From: a virus
Lineage: Duplodnaviria > Caudoviricetes
DNA length: 39,851 nt
Virus record (IMG/VR): IMGVR_UViG_3300032332_002229
Location: 1-39,851 of that record
Reading direction: 5' to 3' (one strand)
Below the pieces are notes generated by a model that worked only from the letters and a program-made list of their open reading frames with translations, did not search any database and was not told where the DNA came from. Shown piece after piece: positions 29,789-38,473 of this stretch (the stretch's first letter is position 1; every line of letters begins with the position of its first letter). A program made the translations under genes and the position numbers.

Positions 29789-29964
29789 TTTTTGTTTTCT
29801 ATTAAATGGTAATATAATCTGTTTTTTACTAAGTCTTTCCAAGTGTTAATTCGCATTTGGGAAAAACTGTCTTTTTGCTTTGGATCAATCAAAATCATTA
29901 AATTGCCCTGCAATTCAGCATCTATTATGGCTAGTGCTTCTTCTTTAGATTTGGTGTCCTCCAT
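29785..29964 (-). CDS. Hypothetical protein
   Basis: Small ORF linking folE and the MazG-like gene (ATGA overlap). Confidence 0.55.
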   Translation of the reverse strand: MEDTKSKEEALAIIDAELQGNLMILIDPKQKDSFSQMRINTWKDLVKNRLYYHLIENKK

Positions 29965-30643
29965 TGTTAATTTTAATTGAGTCAAAAAATTCTATACGTG
30001 CTTGATTATTGTTTTCCATAAACACACCTGATGCCTTAGTTGTTACCATTGAAGCACCTTGGTGTTTAACACCACGACATGATACACAGTTGTGAGTTGC
30101 TACTACTGTAACGATTACTCCTCTATTCAATTCACAAATTTTATCTACTGCATTGTGAATAGCTGAAGTTAATTGTTCTTGAATAGCACCTCTACGGCCA
30201 AATAGCTCTACAATACGGTTTAGTTTAGATAATCCGATTACACGACCTTCACTTCCTACAACATATCCAATATGTACAACTCCTCCAATTGTTTGGTGGT
30301 GATGTGAACACATTGAAGTGATTGGAATGTTTCTTTCAATTACAATACCATCGTATCCATCAGAGGGGAAAGATGTAATTTCGGACATTGCCTCGTAACG
30401 ACCTTTCCATAGATCAAATACATATGCTTTTGCTACACGTCGAGGTGTATCTTGTGAGTTTGGATCATTTTTCCAATCGCAACCTAAAGCATCTAAAAAT
30501 TTACCATAAGCCTCTTCTGCTCTATTTACCATATTCCACTTTTCATTTTCGGTAAGTGGGAACCCAGGTGCAACTCCATTTGCAAAACCTACTTTAACAC
30601 ACTCTAAATCGTCGTGTTGTTTTTTACGTTTGTTTTCTGACAT
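29945..30643 (-). CDS. folE: GTP cyclohydrolase I
   Basis: DTPRRVAK, SMCSHH, IGLSKLNR, QEQLT and HNCVSCRGV. Confidence 0.95.
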   Translation of the reverse strand: MSENKRKKQHDDLECVKVGFANGVAPGFPLTENEKWNMVNRAEEAYGKFLDALGCDWKNDPNSQDTPRRVAKAYVFDLWKGRYEAMSEITSFPSDGYDGIVIERNIPITSMCSHHHQTIGGVVHIGYVVGSEGRVIGLSKLNRIVELFGRRGAIQEQLTSAIHNAVDKICELNRGVIVTVVATHNCVSCRGVKHQGASMVTTKASGVFMENNNQARIEFFDSIKINNGGHQI

Positions 30644-30644
30644 A

Positions 30645-30935
30645 TTAATCTTTGATTGTTATTTCTGTAATATTAAATTGCTTTTTATATCGTTCAATAA
30701 ACGACTTTCCTACACCAATATCAACGATTTCAAAATTATCTGAAATCAGAGGTGTATGTTTTCTATTGGTAACGAGTGTATCGATACCAAAATTTACATA
30801 AGTGTTAAGGTAATGTTTTTTACCTGTTGGTTTCTTGTAAACAACGCAAGTAACAATTTTTTCAGAAGCAGGTCTACCTGTTCGAACAAATGGTGTTGGT
30901 GATGCGATTTTTTTAGAAGGTCTGCCTCTTCCCAT
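30645..30935 (-). CDS. Hypothetical basic protein with AT-hook-like GRP motifs
   Basis: MGRGRPSKK...RTGRP. Confidence 0.65.
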   Translation of the reverse strand: MGRGRPSKKIASPTPFVRTGRPASEKIVTCVVYKKPTGKKHYLNTYVNFGIDTLVTNRKHTPLISDNFEIVDIGVGKSFIERYKKQFNITEITIKD

Positions 30936-30952
30936 AACTTTAATTTTGTTGT

Positions 30953-30981
30953 AATATATGAAGGAGCTTTCGCTCCTCCAA
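30953..30981 (-). promoter_or_regulatory. Class A promoter TTGGAG-N17-TATATT containing a GAAA-loop hairpin
   Basis: GGAGGAGC-GAAA-GCTCCTTC overlaps the upstream box and the spacer. Confidence 0.62.
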
Positions 30982-30986
30982 ATATT

Positions 30987-31232
30987 TTATCGATTGTATA
31001 TTGCTCGAATTTCTTCTTTTGGTCTAGCTCCAACTACTCGTCCAATTTCCATTCCATTTTGTACTACAATTGTTGTAGGAACAGAACGTACGTTATATTG
31101 TTGAGCTGTTTGAGGTGAAGCATCCACGTCAATAAATGTAACAGGCATTTCATTTTGCATTGATTCCATCAATGGTTTAAATGCTTTGCACGGTTGGCAC
31201 CATGCCGCACTGAAGTATAGGACTTGTTTCAT
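30987..31232 (-). CDS. Thioredoxin
   Basis: FSAAWCQPCK, IDVD and VRSVPT. Confidence 0.92.
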   Translation of the reverse strand: MKQVLYFSAAWCQPCKAFKPLMESMQNEMPVTFIDVDASPQTAQQYNVRSVPTTIVVQNGMEIGRVVGARPKEEIRAIYNR

Positions 31233-31289
31233 TTTGTTATAATATAATTGATTGTGTAATCTCCAAATGTTGTTGTGACGGTATACATA

Positions 31290-32066
31290 TTAAACTCCTC
31301 TTTTAGTATCAAATGCAATAATGTGATCTCTTCCTGTCATATTGTATCCTTTTTCAGCACACATATCAAATACAATAGGATACATTTTAATTAACTCTTC
31401 ACGAGTATCTCCTGCAGGCATGATATATGTTTTGTCTTTTGGAATACCTAATGACAAACGGAATGCCTCAATTTGATCTAGATTCTTTTGAGTACCATCC
31501 CAAACTGGTTTGTAGTGATAGTCTGTATGGTAATCCATCATTTGTCTACAAACAAGAGGATTTAATCTAAACTTATTATGTTGATCAATCATTTTCTGAT
31601 CCGTAATTTTTCCTTGAGGCGTAGCAACACCAAGTACGGGTACAGAATTACTAAATTTCGGGCTGAGAGATATAAGACCCAAAGGATAATCAGTAGCGAT
31701 AAAGTGGCTTCCTTCAGTCTCGATGGTAATGAGGATTTTTCTTTCATTTGCAAAGTGTGTAAGTTCATTTACAAGTGCAGGGTGCATAGTAGGTGAACCA
31801 CCTGTTAACATCATTTCCTTGATATGGGGGTTTTCATCATAAATACGAATAATATCCTTGAACGTAAATGTTCCTTTTTCTGGGTGGATACTCGTATACC
31901 AGCTATCGCACCAACCGCCTTCACCAAAGTAGCATCGATGAGTACATCCTGTTGTGCGTACTGCAATTGTAGGTCTACCAAAACGTGAACCTTCCGATTG
32001 TACGCATCGATATAATTCTACTATTGGAAGTGTTTTATTGTAATCTTCTATTCTTTTATTCTCCAT
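31290..32066 (-). CDS. queE: 7-carboxy-7-deazaguanine synthase (radical SAM)
   Basis: QSEG...GRPTIAVRTTGC, LTGGSP, IETEGS and SLSPK; adjacent to queD and queC. Confidence 0.9.
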   Translation of the reverse strand: MENKRIEDYNKTLPIVELYRCVQSEGSRFGRPTIAVRTTGCTHRCYFGEGGWCDSWYTSIHPEKGTFTFKDIIRIYDENPHIKEMMLTGGSPTMHPALVNELTHFANERKILITIETEGSHFIATDYPLGLISLSPKFSNSVPVLGVATPQGKITDQKMIDQHNKFRLNPLVCRQMMDYHTDYHYKPVWDGTQKNLDQIEAFRLSLGIPKDKTYIMPAGDTREELIKMYPIVFDMCAEKGYNMTGRDHIIAFDTKRGV

Positions 32067-32520
32067 AACTTGCTGAGTTTCGTTCGTGTTCGTATACTTC
32101 TACTTTTGTAGCTCGTACTCTTCCGGATGTTTCTTCTTTTAGAAAAGCATTAATTACGTAGTATAAATGCTCTGCGAATTTTTCACATCCAGTAGCTGGT
32201 AATATTCGCAATTGGATAATACCTTCTACATCCATTTGTTTAAATAAAGTTAAATGAGGATCATCTTCAGCTATGATTGTAGTATGGTCTAGTAGATATG
32301 CAAAATAGTCTTTTGGAGACATACCTACAATTTTAGTTTTAGATCGTTTCATACCACCAAAGTCCCATACCCAATTGCGGTGATCTAATTCACCTTCGAA
32401 CCATACTCTAAATGATATTGCATATCCATGTAGGAAACTACAATGTGTATCATCTGCTTTCCATTGACGGAAACACGTTGAGTAACCATCAAATAATTTT
32501 GTTGAACTATATTTTGCCAT
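32056..32520 (-). CDS. queD: 6-carboxytetrahydropterin synthase (PTPS family)
   Basis: HCSFLHGY, WVWDFG, LDHT and VEVYEHERNSA. Confidence 0.88.
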   Translation of the reverse strand: MAKYSSTKLFDGYSTCFRQWKADDTHCSFLHGYAISFRVWFEGELDHRNWVWDFGGMKRSKTKIVGMSPKDYFAYLLDHTTIIAEDDPHLTLFKQMDVEGIIQLRILPATGCEKFAEHLYYVINAFLKEETSGRVRATKVEVYEHERNSASYGE

Positions 32521-32521
32521 T

Positions 32522-33388
32522 TTAATTGTTATGTGTTTCTAATACTTTTGTTACTTCGTTTACTACGTGTTCCCAAGTTACTACACCTGTTTCATCAGCG
32601 TATCCTGCAGGATCTTTACGACCCAATTTAATAAACGCCTCTACTCGCTCAACTGACGATGCTGACTTGTAGTCTGAGTACCATTTACCAAATGTGGAGT
32701 TATCGTTTCCGTCTACTCCTGCTATATAAATAGGTTTATAACTTGTATTTGTACGTGAATATACTTCATCAAAGTCTAAATCTAACTCTCCACATAACAT
32801 TTCTCCATCTTGCAAAATTGTAAATTTGTCACCTTCAAGATATGGTGTAAAGTAACCAACTTTATCAGCATCCCAATTACCCATTCTAAATGCATGATCG
32901 TCTGCATCTCTAAATTCTTGTCTACAATCAGGGTAAATTGCATGATCACCTGCATGGATCCCCATTGCGATATCACATTGCTCTCCTGTTTTATTTGCAA
33001 TTGAAAGAGCAACTGCTTGTACAATGGAAGCAAATATTTTGTTTCTATTAGGGACAACTGTTGCTTTCATGTTTTCTTTAGCATAGTGTCCTTCAGGTAC
33101 ATCTTCTCCACCTGTTACCAAAGCTGAGTCTAATAGACTAGCTAATCCATTCAATTGGATTTGACGATAACGAATAGTAGCATATACAATTTCTCCATTA
33201 ACTTCAATAGGTTTTTCATAGGAAGAATTAATATAATCTACTAACGATTGGGCGCGTTCAAGTTCAATTCGATGCTTTTGACCGTAATCAAATGAAATTG
33301 CTGTTACCGTGTCATATTCTTTTAGACAACGTAACAAAAGTGTACTGGAATCCATTCCTCCAGATAGGGAAATTACAACGTGTTTCAT
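32522..33388 (-). CDS. queC: 7-cyano-7-deazaguanine synthase
   Basis: SLSGGMDSST, FDYGQKH..E, VPNRN and HAGDHAIYPDCRQEF. Confidence 0.93.
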   Translation of the reverse strand: MKHVVISLSGGMDSSTLLLRCLKEYDTVTAISFDYGQKHRIELERAQSLVDYINSSYEKPIEVNGEIVYATIRYRQIQLNGLASLLDSALVTGGEDVPEGHYAKENMKATVVPNRNKIFASIVQAVALSIANKTGEQCDIAMGIHAGDHAIYPDCRQEFRDADDHAFRMGNWDADKVGYFTPYLEGDKFTILQDGEMLCGELDLDFDEVYSRTNTSYKPIYIAGVDGNDNSTFGKWYSDYKSASSVERVEAFIKLGRKDPAGYADETGVVTWEHVVNEVTKVLETHNN

Positions 33389-33389
33389 A

Positions 33390-33536
33390 TTATTCTTTAT
33401 TTAATTTATCGTATTCTTCTTTGTCCATTCCTCCCATCAGCATATATGCTTCAAAGTCAATATCCAAAAGTCTCCAATGATTATACCATTCTTTTTTCCA
33501 AAGCTCACGGTATTCTTCAAATGTTTCTTTATTCAT
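33390..33536 (-). CDS. Small hypothetical protein (48 aa), missed by the ORF track
   Basis: MNKETFEEYRELWKKEWYNHWRLLDIDFEAYMLMGGMDKEEYDKLNKE; fills the gap before queC exactly. Confidence 0.6.
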   Translation of the reverse strand: MNKETFEEYRELWKKEWYNHWRLLDIDFEAYMLMGGMDKEEYDKLNKE

Positions 33537-33538
33537 AA

Positions 33539-33790
33539 TTAGAAAGGTAAATCGTCATCAACAATATTTCCTGTCCAATCATGTCCTTTAGGCAAATCCT
33601 CTACTGGTTGAGTAAAATAGGATACAAGAAAATCCTTAGGGTAAAGAGAAACTTTACCTTCATATTTTGGATTTGATACTTCTCTAGTTTTAATTTCAAT
33701 TCCTTGTTTTCTAGCTGCTGTAGCTACTTCTAAACCTAATTTTTCACCTGCTGGTTTTCTTAGGTAATCATATAAACTTAAATATTCCAT
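33539..33790 (-). CDS. Hypothetical protein with a C-terminal DDDLPF motif
   Basis: 83 aa ending in an SSB-like acidic tip. Confidence 0.7.
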   Translation of the reverse strand: MEYLSLYDYLRKPAGEKLGLEVATAARKQGIEIKTREVSNPKYEGKVSLYPKDFLVSYFTQPVEDLPKGHDWTGNIVDDDLPF

Positions 33791-33809
33791 AACTTTTGTA
33801 TTTTATATA

Positions 33810-33838
33810 AATATAAGAAGAAAAAATATGGACTCCAA
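33810..33838 (-). promoter_or_regulatory. Class A promoter TTGGAG-N17-TATATT for the queC-D-E operon
   Basis: Exact spacer; the downstream box overlaps an ATATTTATA class B motif. Confidence 0.6.
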
Positions 33839-33839
33839 A

Positions 33840-34637
33840 TTAGAGTCCATTTATTTTTCTAAACATTTCAACATTATATTCTATAATATCTTCATTGATA
33901 AAATCAATGCTTACATCTTGATATTTGTTCATATTAGCGAGTGGTTTTTGATGTAATCCCATTTTTGTATACGGCATTTCTCCAATTGCAGCCATAATTG
34001 GGTTTGACGTGTCAATTGATTCTACACATTCAATGTTTTTATACATTCCAAATTCAATAGGGGAAGCGGTTCCAAGTAAATGTACACGATCAAACTTTGT
34101 AAGGATTTTTTGACTGTACAAGTATGAAATCATAATAAAACGACCGATTGCTTTACCCAAGTCTTGGTTTGGATGTGGACATAAATCATCATGATAATAT
34201 GAAGCACCATATGAATATGCAATTTTCTTGTATCCTAAATCTTTATATGCTACAGTACAAAACATAGCTTCATGTACAGATTTTGCTTGTACTACAGCTA
34301 CCTTCATTACTCCTTCAGGTAACTCAATAGATGCCCATTGTTTTGCGTTTCTAACTGAAGCATTTTTGTCTTCCCATACATCTGGGATAATAAATTCATT
34401 TGGTTTAATTTCATTTACCCAATGCAATAAACGTTCTGTATTGTATGCTTCTCCAAGTTCATGGAGTGAATTGTCCATTACAATGTAGCGGCCCATTTTC
34501 TTTGATTCGTAGAAGAAATTACGGTATTCTTCGTTTTCGTCCATTAAATGGGGCAAACAGTAATCATAGTCGTTAAACTCTCTACTTTTTTCTAAGAGGC
34601 AAAATGGTACCTCGTGGCTAATTTTTACTTTTTTCAT
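33840..34637 (-). CDS. TGT-fold transglycosylase-like protein (DpdA-like), putative 7-deazaguanine insertion enzyme
   Basis: Ordered motifs VMDNS, IIPDV, VHLLG and SIDTS parallel the TGT/DpdA core (DSG, D, HLLG, catalytic D). Lies just upstream of queC-D-E-folE. Confidence 0.7.
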   Translation of the reverse strand: MKKVKISHEVPFCLLEKSREFNDYDYCLPHLMDENEEYRNFFYESKKMGRYIVMDNSLHELGEAYNTERLLHWVNEIKPNEFIIPDVWEDKNASVRNAKQWASIELPEGVMKVAVVQAKSVHEAMFCTVAYKDLGYKKIAYSYGASYYHDDLCPHPNQDLGKAIGRFIMISYLYSQKILTKFDRVHLLGTASPIEFGMYKNIECVESIDTSNPIMAAIGEMPYTKMGLHQKPLANMNKYQDVSIDFINEDIIEYNVEMFRKINGL

Positions 34638-34638
34638 T

Positions 34639-34953
34639 TTATTTTGCTATATAAATTCTTGGTGTATCAGCTATTACACTTTTTACTTCTAACTCGTGAG
34701 TTAACTCATGTTTAAATGTTTGGCTTTCAGGTTCATTTTCACAATAAACAGCATAATGAATCTGGCATCCTGCTACAATTACATGGTTACTTTCGCTCCC
34801 TACTTTAGCGTACCAATTGGAAGCGTTTCTATTGGTTTTGATCCCCAATATTGTGTCTTCAAATATGCTTATTTCTCCCCAAACAGCTTTATAGCTGTTA
34901 CCATCGGGTGCATAGAACCAGTTGTCTGTTGTTACTATATATTTTCCTTTCAT
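34639..34953 (-). CDS. Hypothetical protein
   Basis: 104 aa ORF in the operon. Confidence 0.7.
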   Translation of the reverse strand: MKGKYIVTTDNWFYAPDGNSYKAVWGEISIFEDTILGIKTNRNASNWYAKVGSESNHVIVAGCQIHYAVYCENEPESQTFKHELTHELEVKSVIADTPRIYIAK

Positions 34954-34957
34954 AATA

Positions 34958-35206
34958 TTAATTTAATGCAAATGTATGTTCTTTTTCTTCAATTTTCACG
35001 TTTTCTTGAGTGGAAAATCGCTTAGCATTATAGCCAATCCAACGTACACCCCATTTTGTGGTACCTTCGTTTACTGCGCCTTTAATAATGTAAACTCGTT
35101 GATCTGAAAAGTTCATGTATTCGTGTTCTACTTCGTATTCTTTACCTTTAACAATGTTAGCTCCTAAAGGTTGGTTTGTATCATCTATGCAAGTTACTTT
35201 TTTCAT
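34958..35206 (-). CDS. Hypothetical protein (small beta-barrel-like)
   Basis: 82 aa; KVTCID...GKEYEV...Y...RF pattern. Confidence 0.7.
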   Translation of the reverse strand: MKKVTCIDDTNQPLGANIVKGKEYEVEHEYMNFSDQRVYIIKGAVNEGTTKWGVRWIGYNAKRFSTQENVKIEEKEHTFALN

Positions 35207-35207
35207 A

Positions 35208-35726
35208 TTACCAGTTTAATTTGTGATTATATACTTTGTGAGCGTATCCGTTTACGCATGGTCTTCCTGTATTGTAACAACCAAATACTATTTTCCAATC
35301 TCCATATTTGTTGTATAGTTTACGAAGATATTTCATTGAGGTTTTTACATTGTACTCTATATCTGTTCTTAACCTTTCTTTGGAAACACGATCTTTGTTT
35401 GTCCAACGAGCAGTTGCTACCATTACTTGCATTGGACCTACGGCTCCCGCACAGCTTATTTGAGCAGGATTGTATTTCCAATGGAATGGGCCTTTATATC
35501 CTGTTTCTGCATTGGCAATCCCAAATGCAAAACGTAAAGGAATATCAAATGTATCAGCGTAAGCTTTAATACAGTTATACATTTTTATAGAAGGTGGAGA
35601 ACCTTGATCAATACTGTCCGGAATGCGCACACTTTGTGGTGCGTCTTTTTCCGGTTCAGTAACGGTAAAAGTGGTGACAGCTACAGCTCCCACCACTAAA
35701 CCGATTTTAATACTATTTATTAGCAT
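35208..35726 (-). CDS. Lytic transglycosylase (SLT domain) with an N-terminal hydrophobic anchor
   Basis: Catalytic AETG, GAVGPMQV, NVKTSMKYL and YNTG. Confidence 0.85.
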   Translation of the reverse strand: MLINSIKIGLVVGAVAVTTFTVTEPEKDAPQSVRIPDSIDQGSPPSIKMYNCIKAYADTFDIPLRFAFGIANAETGYKGPFHWKYNPAQISCAGAVGPMQVMVATARWTNKDRVSKERLRTDIEYNVKTSMKYLRKLYNKYGDWKIVFGCYNTGRPCVNGYAHKVYNHKLNW

Positions 35727-36030
35727 TTACTTCTTGATGAATACGGTTTGCATACATTCCAAAGATTGTTTGACCAATTTGATCTGAGTATACAATGTAC
35801 TTTCCAGTTGCTCTTTCAATCATAATCAATTCGTCTGATTCATTTACAGCAATTGAAATCTCTTCAGGGGAGAATGCATGTGAATAGGGGTTGTCTAATT
35901 TAACATCTTCTTTTTGAGAAGCTTGATACATGCTACCTAACTTAAATGAAGCCGTTGCAACGGATACTACTATTACTACGTTTAAAGCCGGTTTGATAGC
36001 TTTCAAAAGCGTTTCTTTATTGATTTTCAT
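35713..36030 (-). CDS. Hypothetical membrane-anchored protein
   Basis: One hydrophobic segment, ALNVVIVVSVATASF. Confidence 0.7.
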   Translation of the reverse strand: MKINKETLLKAIKPALNVVIVVSVATASFKLGSMYQASQKEDVKLDNPYSHAFSPEEISIAVNESDELIMIERATGKYIVYSDQIGQTIFGMYANRIHQEVNANK

Positions 36031-36055
36031 AACTCTTATTTTAGGGTTTAATTAA

Positions 36056-36277
36056 TTACTTTTTGTGAATTTCTTTCCAAACATGTAATTCAGATTCAAA
36101 TGAATATTTGTTTTCAGGTACTTTAGTAATTCGATCATGCTCTACTGTTTGTCCATTTGGATAAACGGTTTTAGAAACTCGAATGCGTTTTGAGGGTTCT
36201 GTTTTTTTCTTACAGAGCATTCCCATTTTGCGTAACGTAGATTTAAATTTTGTTTTTAATCTTTTTTTAAATGTCAT
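36056..36277 (-). CDS. Hypothetical basic protein
   Basis: The likely start is ATG 36277 (MTFKKRL), downstream of a class A promoter. Confidence 0.55.
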   Translation of the reverse strand: MTFKKRLKTKFKSTLRKMGMLCKKKTEPSKRIRVSKTVYPNGQTVEHDRITKVPENKYSFESELHVWKEIHKK

Positions 36278-36298
36278 AACTCTTATTTTTATAAATGT

Positions 36299-36327
36299 AA
36301 TATACAAAAAATTTTATTATTTTCCAA
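36299..36327 (-). promoter_or_regulatory. Class A promoter TTGGAA-N17-TATATT
   Basis: Exact 17 nt spacer. Confidence 0.6.
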
Positions 36328-36739
36328 GTTCACCTTTAGATTTTTCAATCAAAAGATTATTTACTCTACTTCTTGCTTTTTCACCTAATGGTATAGGATG
36401 TCCTTCTTCATCAATATGAACAAACTTAATATGTGTTCTTAAAACAATAGCTTGATTACCTGTATAAACATTATGTGCTCTTGCCTCCATATACAAGTTA
36501 ATAGAGGTGTTCCCAATTGCTTGAGGCCAGCCATAAATTTTAACTAATTGACCTTCACGAGCAGGTCTTTCAAAATTACATTGTTCAATTGATACTGTTA
36601 CCATACGAGGTGTATCACATAATTGCATCGCGTAACCTGCAGCTGACGCGTCGATCCAAGCCAGTAATTTACCGCCAAATAGGTTGCCGTGAAATCCTAG
36701 ATCTGATTTTTTAATCGGGTGTGAGTTCAAAAGTTCCAT
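36317..36739 (-). CDS. Acyl-CoA thioesterase (hotdog fold)
   Basis: DLGFHGNLFGGKLLAWID, MVTVS, IGNTS and FVHIDEEGHP. Confidence 0.88.
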   Translation of the reverse strand: MELLNSHPIKKSDLGFHGNLFGGKLLAWIDASAAGYAMQLCDTPRMVTVSIEQCNFERPAREGQLVKIYGWPQAIGNTSINLYMEARAHNVYTGNQAIVLRTHIKFVHIDEEGHPIPLGEKARSRVNNLLIEKSKGELGK

Positions 36740-37448
36740 AACCAATTTGATTGTTAATGTTTGAGGTTTTTAATGTAAATTTTCCATTGTTATAAACTAT
36801 GTAACTATTGTTTTCAATCCAATCTCCACAGTTTAAATAATGAATTCCTTTTATTTGTCTATCTGCTGGGGTGTGAATATGTCCTGCAATTACACCTTCA
36901 CAGTTTCGCTCTTTAGCTTGGTATGCTAATTGATTTTCAAAATCCGTAATAAATTTTACAGCATTTTTTATTTTCTTTTTAAGATATTTACTTAATGATC
37001 TTTTATATCCTAATCGTTTCATAAAATGGTCAATTCCAATAGCCATTTCATATCCAATTGATCCTAATACACCTAACCATTTTAAAGAAACAATCCCATC
37101 ATATAAATCACCATGAGTAATATAGTAATCTTCAAATATATATTCGTCTACTATTTTTATATTTTCGCCTAAATCAAGAGGTGAATAATGTCTTAAAAAA
37201 TCATCGTGATTTCCTGTAATATAAATTACTTGAGTTCCTTTTTTAGAGTAAGATAATATTTTACGAATTACATTTGTAAAATCTTGTGTCCAATAATGTC
37301 GTTTTTTTAATAACCAACCATCAATAAAATCCCCTACAATAAAAAGATATTCTGGTTCATATTGTTTTAGGGTTTGTAATAGTTCTGAGGCTTGGCTCCC
37401 TTTACTTCCCAAATGGATATCTGAGATGAATAGTGCTTTTACTTTCAT
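36711..37448 (-). CDS. Calcineurin-like metallophosphoesterase (UDP-2,3-diacylglucosamine hydrolase/LpxH-like)
   Basis: ISDIHLG, VGDFIDGW, GNHD, HGD, GHIH and NCGDW. Confidence 0.88.
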   Translation of the reverse strand: MKVKALFISDIHLGSKGSQASELLQTLKQYEPEYLFIVGDFIDGWLLKKRHYWTQDFTNVIRKILSYSKKGTQVIYITGNHDDFLRHYSPLDLGENIKIVDEYIFEDYYITHGDLYDGIVSLKWLGVLGSIGYEMAIGIDHFMKRLGYKRSLSKYLKKKIKNAVKFITDFENQLAYQAKERNCEGVIAGHIHTPADRQIKGIHYLNCGDWIENNSYIVYNNGKFTLKTSNINNQIGYGTFELTPD

Positions 37449-37732
37449 TTTTTATTAGTTAATAATTTTAATATTTTTGCTCTATAATTTTCAAAATGAG
37501 TTAAAGCAAACCATTTTCCTACAGCTGCTCCTAATATAAAAAATAATATTACAATAATATCTCCTTTTAGTAAATGATTAATTGAATAATACGTTGAATA
37601 TAATGCTAACATATTCAAAAGTATTGAATTTATAACAAGTTTTTTTATTTTATGTTCATAGGTATATTTTATTTCATACACCTTAAAAACATTATATAAT
37701 AATTGAAATGTAAATATTAAAAAATAAACCAT
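37445..37732 (-). CDS. Small multi-pass membrane protein
   Basis: About three hydrophobic segments. Confidence 0.65.
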   Translation of the reverse strand: MVYFLIFTFQLLYNVFKVYEIKYTYEHKIKKLVINSILLNMLALYSTYYSINHLLKGDIIVILFFILGAAVGKWFALTHFENYRAKILKLLTNKK

Positions 37733-37759
37733 TTTACTATTTTTTTATATCTTTAAATT

Positions 37760-38470
37760 TTATTTCCAATAATTTTTATCTTCTGTAAACCATTTTTTAT
37801 TTTGGTGGTTAAAGAAGGATCCAACCATTAGTTTTATCATATATATTACTCCTTTATTTTCAAATCGTCTAGGAGGAGTGAATACTACGTTATTAATACG
37901 TCCAAATTTCTTGGGTTTGATTTTTTTAGATAATTGATAATCTTCAGCAACTTTAATTTCTTCATCAAACCCGCCTAATTCCTTAAAGATATCGCTTTTA
38001 ATTAACATAAATCCACCTAAACAAAATGGAGTAGACCATTTTGATAAAATTTGAATAATGTCAAACGTTTTATAAACGTAATTGTACTTTCCATTATCGC
38101 TTCGAAATTTAACTGTGGTTAAATCTAATTTTCGTTTTTGTGCAAGCAATAAAGACCGTTTTATAGTTTTAGGATCTAGTAAAAATACATCAGCATCTAA
38201 AAACAAAACATAAGGTGTAGTTACTAGTTTAAAACCGTTATTCCTTGCCTTTGCTGGGAGTCCACCTTCCATTATATATAAATCAAATATGTCAGATTGG
38301 TATTTTAATCTCTCTAATAAATTTGTTTTTGTTACTCCATCATCAGAAGCATCACAAACAATAACCTTTACATTAAATATATCAGTTTGGTAATTTAAAA
38401 GATCAAGTGTTTTTAAAATAACATCTTTTTCATTTTTACATGGAATTACAATCGTTATTAAGTCTTTCAT
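37760..38470 (-). CDS. Glycosyltransferase family 2
   Basis: IVIPCKNE, ARNNG, LFLDAD, GGFDE..AED and RRF. Confidence 0.92.
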   Translation of the reverse strand: MKDLITIVIPCKNEKDVILKTLDLLNYQTDIFNVKVIVCDASDDGVTKTNLLERLKYQSDIFDLYIMEGGLPAKARNNGFKLVTTPYVLFLDADVFLLDPKTIKRSLLLAQKRKLDLTTVKFRSDNGKYNYVYKTFDIIQILSKWSTPFCLGGFMLIKSDIFKELGGFDEEIKVAEDYQLSKKIKPKKFGRINNVVFTPPRRFENKGVIYMIKLMVGSFFNHQNKKWFTEDKNYWK

Positions 38471-38473
38471 AGA

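Noticed and set aside
31236-31266. Class A promoter before thioredoxin
   Set aside because: TTGGAG is 14 nt from TATATT (16 nt from TATTAT), not the 17 nt seen in the other copies, so it was left uncalled.
33390-33536. The MNKETF start as another member of the leader family
   Set aside because: The match stops after six residues and lacks the RMQMLAGI core, so it is probably coincidental.
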